NCBI GenBank assembly: GCA_030167865.1
Contig: JALAGF010002776.1
Coordinates: 1 to 50,414 of the forward strand
Direction: 5' to 3'
Source of the DNA: Craspedostauros australis
Taxonomy: Eukaryota
Length of the DNA: 50,414 nucleotides
Below, one piece after another: positions 42,015 through 50,414 of this stretch. How positions within the stretch are numbered: the first letter of the stretch is position 1; each line of letters begins with the position of its first letter. Below the pieces are notes generated by a model that saw only the letters and a program-made list of their open reading frames with translations, searched no databases and was not told the origin of the DNA. The position numbers and the translations under genes are program-made.

Positions 42015-45000
42015 CTATCCGTATCTGGCCTTGTATTGCACCAGCTGCTCAGTTGGAAGTTTGTTGATGACCTCTGCACTGCTCACCCCACTCGATTCTG
42101 TATTCTCCAGCATCTTGGCCGATCTCATCCAACCTTCCCACTGGCTTCCGTCCGTGTAAATCTCTCCATCGACCAGCCGCTGAAGCAAGGTGTTGCAAAT
42201 CCACCCATGCAGACTCTCGTGGTTTGAAATCACCAAGATTATAGTCCTCATGTACGGCAGTGGAAGCTTTTCACCGGTGCTCAAGAAGGTTCCGGAGATA
42301 TGGTCCAGCGCTGCCATGATGACGCGATCATTGAAGAGCCTCTCGTGTCTCAAGCAAATCCCGATAGCCTTGAGGTACCTTCGTTGGGAGATCCCAGCCT
42401 TGGCAAAGTCCACACGATGCAGGAATACCAGCTGCTCGCAGAGCGTCATTCCCCGCAACGATGCGACATCCTCTTCCGTTGGTTCGTCGCGGAAAACGAG
42501 CGCATGGCGTTCCAGCCTGTGCGATGTCCGCTCGAGCAGGGCAAGGAACGAGTCGTCGTCGTCTCCACGGAGGAGTTCGGGGAGAAGATCGATGAGATCG
42601 CTTCGGTTCATCATCGAAAGGATTGGCATTAAGAATCTCGGGTCCTTCTTGCCATCGACGGATTTGAGTTCTTGAATGGCCTTGCAGGTGTCGATGAATT
42701 CCTCAGCTGGTGACGACTTGTCGTGCGCACCGTGGAGGTGCTCCAGGAAAGACAGGAGCAGTTCGATGCCATTCTCGCTGCTGTTCGTCATATGAGCAAC
42801 CTTCAGCGCAGCCTTGGACAGGCCATGGATCGAGGCCATCGCTCTCGCGAGTTTTGGCATGTTGTGCTTGACCGCCAGACAAAGCAAGTCGGCGCCTGCT
42901 TCCGAGCTGATCTCAAACAGAATTTCAATCATGTCAGGTTGTCGGACGCAAAGTGCCATGAACAGGAACGAAGGTTTGTCCACCTTGTCGAACACATCTT
43001 TGTCGATCCCAGCTGGCGGCGGATGCAATCTATCATGGCGATGCTGCTGCTGCTGTCTATCATTCGCCTCGACGTTGTCGAGATGCTGACGATTCTGTTT
43101 GGCAAACGTGCATGCCGTGGTCAATTCTGCTCTTGCATTCTTCATGACTTCGGCGGCGAGGGTGTCAGACCGCGGATAGAGGACATTCATCACAAGCTTG
43201 AGTGCCTTGTCTTCGCACCCACCGCTCGCCCTGAAGCCTCCGGAGGCAAGCTTCACAGCACATGCCACTGCGGCGGTCCTTGTTCCGGGCGACGTGCGTT
43301 GGAAGGCGGCGTCCCTCAGCAGGAGCAGAGCGACGGTCGCTCGTTTTTCCGCTGCCTGACGCGTCGCGTTCCAGCTGGCAATGACCTGCGTGCTCTGCTG
43401 GGAGCCCTTTCGTGCGACTTCTTGGCTCTTCTTCACGACGCCATCGATGTCACAGAGCGCACTGATGTATGTCAGCGATGACATCGTCAGCTTTGGAGCC
43501 AGCGCGACGATTCCGGGCAGCGATGACAGGGACTGGGTGGCCATCTTCTGGAGCTCTTCGTCGGATGGTTTCTCGTTTGCGTTACGGCACGTGACCACCG
43601 AGGATGCCAAGGAAAGATCCAGGCATGCCCCGTACATAGAATCCACCTTGGCTTCGCCACCCGCTAGAGACTGCACATAAGATTCAACAAGCAAGCTCAT
43701 GTCCAAGGACGATGCAGTGTTTGGAGCTGTCTTCGACTGGGCCACTGGGTCCACGGAAGGTCGGGATTGGGAAAGATACTTTGATATCAGTGGGAAAGAC
43801 GCGGAGAGATCATGGATCTTGGTGTCGGACGCGTGAAATGGCGTGCCCTGGAATGATTGCACGATAGCATCGGGCCCATTTGGCGATGCTGGACCTTCCT
43901 CATCGATTTTCACCTCTTTGGTACACCACGCAAGGCGTGCAACGATGGTGTTGGCAAACTGAGACAGGTTCTGTCTTCCGTTGGCGTACCTAGGTGTCGT
44001 CGTGTGGATGCGGTCGATCGACTTCCACGCTGCCTGCTTGCACTGGTCGAGAAACGGATTGGGCGCACCACTCTTCGCCTCCGCTTTAGCTGCATTCTCC
44101 TTGTCCAGTTGCTGTTGCGTGAGTGTCTCGGGTGCCTTGAAGCTGCAATGAAATTCGTATGCACCGCTGGACCGGGTTGTGGCGGTTTCCCACGCACTCC
44201 CTCCGTCTCTCGAGTACCAGCATCCTTCACCTTGCTTCAGCGACGCGCCGTTAGTCATGATCGCATCGATGACGGCCTTCAAGGAAGCCTTTGATGTTCG
44301 ATTACTCTCCGTGCCTGCCGGAGGTGGGCGTTTTTCTGGCAGGTGCTCGATGTTGGCCAGCACTAAGTCCATGGCGTCCGACATCGAAACTGGCATCTGG
44401 ATTCCGTTCCCCAAGCCTCTTGCAGCCTTGGCCTCCTTGAGTTCTTGCAGGGCGTCGTCCTTATCCCTTCGTCGTTTGTTCCCGCGCTTCTCTACTCCGC
44501 TCGTCTCCCATTCGTAAAACATGTTGGCTCGTGCACGAGCTGCACGCCCGGCAGTCTTCAGTTTCGTCGTTTGCTGTGCCATGGAAAGGGCTTTCTTGGC
44601 TTGGATCTCCATGCCGGATTGGCACAGCGCATCCTGCAGCACTTTCCAGCTCGCTGTAGTCACTGACAGCGAGTTTCGGAGAAGAGTCAGGCAAGACGCG
44701 CGGAGCTGATTCTGGACCGCCATCGCATCTGACGCAGAGAGAGCGCTCGATTGCATGTCGTTGGGAGGATCTACCGTTCGGCGCGCAAGGCACGTGGCAC
44801 CTTCACGAAAGAAGACGGGGCGTTTCGATGATAGCGTAGACACGGCATTGACTGTCAGTGCGTACGACTTTTTCGACAGCAAGAAGTCGAATTCAATCGA
44901 CGATCGGTCGACCTTCGTCTCCGCCAGGCTCTCTTCCGAGTCTCCCATCGAGGGCTCAATCTCGAGGTAGGCAAGGGCCGGCGGCTTCAGGATGGACACG

Positions 45001-46599
45001 ACCTGCGTGGCAGGATCGCCATCGGTGGTTCCTATTGCTGAGAGCAGCGCGTCATCCAGCTTCCTTTGACCGCCGAGAAAAGCTAAGCCTCGCAGAGTGG
45101 AGAAGGCATACTCTGCGATCGACTCGAGCGCCTCCCGCGTGATGATAGGGTGTCCGTTGGGAAGATCGTCAAGGCAGAAACTGTCGTGCTGCATGCCGTG
45201 GGACTGTGGGAATGAGTGGTTCGTCAGTGTAGAGATACGTGCATAAGTACCAGGAGACGTATGATTGGTATGTTAGTCGGTTGACGAGCGCGAGTGGCTG
45301 CGCATTGTTGATATGGTGCCTCTGTACGAGTTGAACAGAGTAGAGCAAAGTAACGTGGCCCACTCTCAAGCCGGTGTGCCCATGATCATGCACCCACAGT
45401 GCCATATCGGCAGTGCCATTGTCAATCGCGGTAGTGTTAACGATGGCATCAATGCCACAGCAGCACGCAGGACCATCCAACACTTCAGGAGGACATAGCT
45501 GGCGAATGAAAATGGCCGCCCAATGAGCATGGCACACATATCTGTCCATGACAAAGTCGCATCGTAACATCGTCGCACAGTACATCGCCGTTCAACCCGG
45601 CACCCCTGGGTATGACAAAATCAGAACATCACAAACACAAACACAACGCACGCAACTTACAACTTTCGCCTTGCGTCTATGCGAAGTCTCCGGCGGCCTG
45701 GAGGAGCAGCACAAGCACACAATCTCAAGGAATTTCACACAGGAGCTTCGGATTGCATCTCCATCCGTGTTTTGCATGAAGAGCTTTCGGAGCACGCTGT
45801 CCACCATCTTCATGGCAGGACCAAAGATGCGGTTCGCGCCGCGATCGTCCGCATCTCGGATACGGGCCGCGATGTGCCTTAGCGCCGGTCGCAAGGACGC
45901 AGACGCCGCGATCACTCCTCGCGCAGCAACGGCTTCTTCCGATTGTTCGTTGGTGAACACGCCAGGGACCATGCAGGCGGTGGAGGCTTGGATCCAGTAC
46001 CTCAGAATCTCACTCTCGTGCCGCAGCTTTTGTGCCAGGCGTCGCTTCTCCTGCCCGTGCAGAGCAGGGTCTTGGCGCACCACGGAGCCCGAGTGACCAC
46101 CAGCGCTGCCTTGGCTGTAAGGCCCTCGCTTGGTTGGATCCTCTGTCACCGCATCCAACCACGATCCTGCCTTGTGGTATTCCTGCCACAAGCCCTTGAA
46201 GAATTCCAGCGAGGCTGCGCGCTTCGTCGCGCTGGTGTCGGACTGCGCGATCTGCAGGATGACGGGGAGCACCAAGTCTGCCACGATCCGCGCGTAGACC
46301 TCGTGGCAACTGGCCTCGATTCCATCAGCGCCTGCCCCTCTGTAGTACGTGCGGGCCACCGACGGAGCCGTGTGCGCCGCAACTTCCATCACGGGGCGCA
46401 GGATGATCGATAGCTCTTCGTGCACGGTCGATCCAGAGGATGGTGCACCAGTACGCACACCTGGATGACTCTTGAGATCGTCGAGCGCGGAGACGACGCG
46501 GCCCTCCAAGTCCTCGATCGCGAGCAACAAGGGATCCTCTCTCTCCGCCTCCTCCGGTTCGGATTGCATCTCTGGCGCAGCATTGTCATCGTCCGACAT
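42015..46599 (-). CDS. SYMPK: Symplekin (Pta1-like scaffold of mRNA 3'-end processing), 2 exons
   Basis: Exons 46599 (or 46668)-45661 and 45203-42015 (phase-0 intron GTAAGT...CACAG). N-domain RSSCVKFLEIV and FCLDDLPNGHP. C-domain RFLMPILSMMNR, LPLPYMRTII, LLQRLV...QWEGWMRSAK...VINKLPTEQL. Confidence 0.85.
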
Positions 46600-47284
46600 G
46601 TTGTCGGGGTCCTGGGCTTGGCCAAGCGACCCCAGGCGGTCTTCATCGTACTTCTTTGCCGAGTACATCGCTGCTTGATCGGCTCTTTGTTCCGAATTGA
46701 GTGTCGAGCTGAAATCCTGGCACGTCCTTTGCTTTGTTCTGATACGCTGTGGAGTACTCTTGCTGCGCCGTTGGCATCCTCAGGCTGTCACAACCTCGAT
46801 TTGTGCGCTTCGCAGATGGCAAACAGAACAGGACAAAGCCTGTCGGAGATCTGTTTTGTTGTCGTTGTGGTTGTCTTTTGGCCTCCCTCTCAGTCGTTGG
46901 CGCCACACAGGGAGCCAAACACGAAAACACGGGAGGATACTACCTGGACTAAACCTAGAGAGAGCATTCCACTCGAAACTGGCGTATCCACGATTGGGCG
47001 ATTCCGCAGAGTGGAAATGTTGTTGTTGTTGTCACTGTTGTCACTGGTGGTGGTGGTGGTGGGAGGATGACATCACACGAAATGCGCACGAGTACCTAAC
47101 CGTACCACCACCACAGAGGTACGAACGACCAACGCAATACTATTCGTGCAACAACAATCTGCACCAACAACAACATCAACGCCAGCACCAGCTCCGCCAC
47201 CAGTGGTAGGCACCTCAGTGTCAACAAGACAAACAAAAGCCAAGCTCAGAAAGGCAGCCAAGCCAAGCAGTCAAGGACGACAGA

Positions 47285-48187
47285 ATGGCAACCGCGAAAG
47301 CGACAACGCAACAAAGAACAGCCGACTGGAGGAGCTGCTTCCGCGATGATCTATTTGACGGCAAAGTAGCATTGGTGTCAGGCGGAGGAACGGGCATCGG
47401 GCGATCGATCGCGTTGGAACTTGCCACCCTGGGTGCCACAGTCATCATTGCAAGCAGGAAGCGCGGGCAGTGCGTGGAAGCCGCGGAGGAAATCAATGCG
47501 TTGGCCCATGTGCGTGGGAAGGTCGTGGCGGGGCCATCCACGAACATACGGAAGGAGGAGGAAGTGGAGGCTTGCATCGAATTCTGCGTAGAGCAGTTTG
47601 CGAAGTTGGACATCCTGATCAACAATGCGGGAGGACAGTTCATTGCCGACAGCGCCGACATCAGCCACAAGGGATTCTCGGCTGTGGTTGACACCAACCT
47701 CACGGGGACCTTCCTCATGTGCCGTGAGGCGTACCGGCAGTGGATGGGCGACAACGGTGGCTCCATCGTCAACGTGACGATCGGGAACCGAAACGGCATG
47801 CCCGGAATGATGCATTCGGCATCAGCGAGGGCGGGGGTTGAGAACATGACGATCTCATTGTCGCAGGAATGGATCGAATCGAACATCCGCATCAACTGTG
47901 TCCGACCGGGCATCATCTTCACGGAGTCAGGCTTCAAGAACTACGGCCCGGCCGGGGACTTCTTCTTGGACAAGATCGTTCACACGCTGCCTGCCCGAAG
48001 ACTCGGGAGTCCCGAGGAGGTCAGCTCTGCAGTGGTTTGGCTGCTTTCGGATGGGGCGAGCTACGTCACAGGAAGCGTGATCAACGTGGATGGTGGGGGC
48101 AGCTTCGTTGCCCTGCCAACGATCGAGATTGAAGACAAATCTCATCTGTCGGTGTATGGCGACTTGCCGCCGCGCGCAAAGCTATGA
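47285..48187 (+). CDS. PECR: Peroxisomal trans-2-enoyl-CoA reductase (SDR family)
   Basis: FRDDLFDGKVALVSGGGTGIG, LINNAGGQF, VVDTNLTGTFLMCRE, GMMHSASARAGVENMT, YVTG..INVDGG, and C-terminal PTS1 -AKL. Confidence 0.9.
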   Translation: MATAKATTQQRTADWRSCFRDDLFDGKVALVSGGGTGIGRSIALELATLGATVIIASRKRGQCVEAAEEINALAHVRGKVVAGPSTNIRKEEEVEACIEFCVEQFAKLDILINNAGGQFIADSADISHKGFSAVVDTNLTGTFLMCREAYRQWMGDNGGSIVNVTIGNRNGMPGMMHSASARAGVENMTISLSQEWIESNIRINCVRPGIIFTESGFKNYGPAGDFFLDKIVHTLPARRLGSPEEVSSAVVWLLSDGASYVTGSVINVDGGGSFVALPTIEIEDKSHLSVYGDLPPRAKL

Positions 48188-48376
48188 ATACTATTCAATC
48201 GATGCCGTAGCTCGCGAAGTACAAACACAAGTGCTCTGCTCTCCTGCTACATACTTGCAGTACTCGTCAGCGTGCGGCTGCCAGCGCCAAACATTAACTA
48301 TCGGAACCGTCCATTCTTGACGTCTTCGTTTGGAAAAACGACTTCCAGCACGCAACATCTTGTCAGAGTAGGAGTA

Positions 48377-48403
48377 GTCTCTCTCTCTCTCTCTCTCTCT
48401 CTC
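48377..48403 (+). repeat. (CT)n microsatellite
   Basis: Run of about 13 TC units. Confidence 0.9.
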
Positions 48404-48650
48404 AAGGAATGGATCATAGTATCCGTGCACTACTATGGTAGTATGTACAACTACATTTGTTTCATTTTTTCTCATCGCGGCGTATACTGATTGAAAATCG
48501 CACAGACAGCCCTCAGTTCACTTTGAGTACTCAACGTACTCGCATGTATGGTATGTAGAGTAGCAGTGGAGTACTCGTACTATCGTGCGGCACAAGCACA
48601 TCACAACACTCCATTCCATATTTGGCATTCCAAATCACACCGCATCAATT

Positions 48651-49643
48651 CTATTCGTTCTTTTTCGTTTTGCCCGTGGCCGGATCAAGCTGGGAGGCAG
48701 GGTTGACCCGATCCTTGCCGTTGTAGGGACGGAAGGTTCCAAACACCCAGTCCCAGAACACCGTGTACTGTCCGTAGTTGCTCTGCGGGATTCGGTGATG
48801 CACGTCGTGCGCCTTGGAATCGTATAGATTGATGCCAAAGAACTTGATCTCGACATCGTACCTCGTGTGGTTCAAGCCTGCGAGGATACCACCGGAAGCC
48901 ACGAAGATCAAGGCGCCAAGAATGTGGATCGGCATTTCCAGGCACGTAGCGATGAGGTACATCGTCCATAGATGGTTATATTCGCCGAGGATGAACTCCA
49001 CAGGATGGACGTTGACTGCGTCGACGACAGCGCGGCTCGGTGCTTTCTGATGGTGGTGGTGCTTGTGAATGAATCCGTACACGGCCTTGATGTGGAGGGC
49101 CCAGTGCATGATCGTGTAGAAGAAGTCGAACACGATGAACATGAGCGGGACCGGGAGAATTACGTTGGCCAACGTGGCATCTTGCAAGCTCCACAGGATG
49201 TTCTGTTCGCTCATCCAGTACGACAGTAGGAAGTACACGAAAGGGCCAGTTTGGATCTTGCTGATCGTGACGAAGACATGGTCGGTGGAGCTGAACTCGT
49301 CCAGGTGTTTGCCTCGAACGGGTATGGTATCCAATCGCAGCCATGCCCCAAGATGCGCGGTGATAAACTGAAGGATCTCCATCGCGATGATGATCACGGC
49401 GCAGAACAGCAGCTTCTCCGCAAGGCTCCATCCCGATGGATCCAGCATCGTACTTGCATCAGCCAGCCACCCAGTCCACATGGTGGAGTCGCTTTCGTGA
49501 ACATGGGAGCTTGCATCAACGCTTGCATTTGATTGTCTTTGGTCGGTGCTCCCGCTAGCGGTGTGCACAGTTGCCTGCACGGATTGGATGGCGGCAAGGA
49601 ATCCCAGCATCCATGTCGAGAGACTCACGCAACGTTGACGCAT
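48651..49643 (-). CDS. Fatty acid hydroxylase / sterol desaturase superfamily membrane protein
   Basis: His boxes DFFYTIMHWALH, IHKHHH, LNH and HDVHH followed by NYGQYTVFWDWVFGT. Several hydrophobic segments and an N-terminal signal-like peptide. Start at ATG 49643 is inferred. Confidence 0.88.
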   Translation of the reverse strand: MRQRCVSLSTWMLGFLAAIQSVQATVHTASGSTDQRQSNASVDASSHVHESDSTMWTGWLADASTMLDPSGWSLAEKLLFCAVIIIAMEILQFITAHLGAWLRLDTIPVRGKHLDEFSSTDHVFVTISKIQTGPFVYFLLSYWMSEQNILWSLQDATLANVILPVPLMFIVFDFFYTIMHWALHIKAVYGFIHKHHHHQKAPSRAVVDAVNVHPVEFILGEYNHLWTMYLIATCLEMPIHILGALIFVASGGILAGLNHTRYDVEIKFFGINLYDSKAHDVHHRIPQSNYGQYTVFWDWVFGTFRPYNGKDRVNPASQLDPATGKTKKNE

Positions 49644-50414
49644 GATTGCCGTGTTGGGAGATGCAGAATGCTGCTCTGTTCGTGCTGGTAGTTGTAATAG
49701 CGACCCTTTGCCAAACTCAACCAAGACGAAGCACGTTTTTGGGCTCGTGTGTGCTACTCGAAGAATGGGTGTGACTACGAGTATGAATGTGGCTGCTCTC
49801 TAAGGACAGCAGGGCGCTGCTCTCCTCGATCAATCCCTCCCGCGTCGCAGGTTTGATACGATGCAATGCGAATGCTCCAGTCGACCCAATGCAGCGACGT
49901 GTCCCTCCGCGGTCCTGGGACGTTCATCTTGTGCGCACTCTCACTCTGTTCCATGCAGGTTGCATTTCCAATGCATTGGCTTTGCCCTTCCATGACTCAG
50001 CCTTCGCCTTTGTTGTTCCTTCCTCGCGAACTTCGATGATTGGTGATTGGAAGCATTCAGTCACGTACTACTGGGAGAAGATGCTGGTCCAAAATGATGA
50101 CGTCAAGTTGGGACAGACTAGCTCCGGGACTTACTCGGGACTTGACTGTCCATTCCGCGTACACGGTATTCGGTACCCAAGACCGATACTGTGATGAAAG
50201 GCTACCACACACACGATGTGTAGTTGAACTGCAATCCTTGCGTTGCTCGCCCTCCAGCTCATGCACCCCTGCCATCTGTCCACCTCGTCACCCTGCCGAA
50301 CATGCATCTGTCTTGAAGCATATCCATGTAAATGGATCAGCTACTGCTCTACGGGTGATGATACTGGAAAGCTGTATGTGTGCAGGATCACCACGGCATG
50401 CTGCTGCGCAACAA

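Noticed and set aside
1-50414. CRISPR arrays, tRNA/rRNA genes and the many antisense ORFs in the track
   Set aside because: No repeat-spacer arrays or RNA-gene consensus seen. Antisense and alternate-frame ORFs are shadows of GC-rich coding sequence.

Overview
Gene-dense eukaryotic DNA with short GT-AG introns. It is most likely from a diatom or related ochrophyte, inferred from a bipartite plastid-targeting presequence, the intron style and the gene set. The left ~3.2 kb is a decayed DDD-type DNA transposon (Sola3-like) with in-frame stops, frameshifts and a mutated catalytic Asp. The rest holds 16 protein-coding genes, mostly in head-to-head pairs: two large coiled-coil proteins, a plastid DUF1517 protein, an intact but catalytically dead piggyBac-derived gene, a Pro/Gln-rich PDZ+PH-like protein carrying NPF/DPF/DPW motifs, an XRCC2-like RAD51 paralogue, panB, eIF5A, DPH3, a GT23/NodZ-like fucosyltransferase, RRP12, a secreted acidic 6-Cys repeat protein, NAA38/LSMD1, a TPR-sulfotransferase, symplekin, PECR and a sterol desaturase/fatty-acid hydroxylase family gene. 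The most notable features are the apparently domesticated piggyBac gene, the long structured eIF5A intron with a near-perfect 21-bp hairpin, the Sola3-like element with CpG-deamination scars, and the unfamiliar Cys-rich secreted repeat. All family calls come from motif recognition by eye, not database searches.
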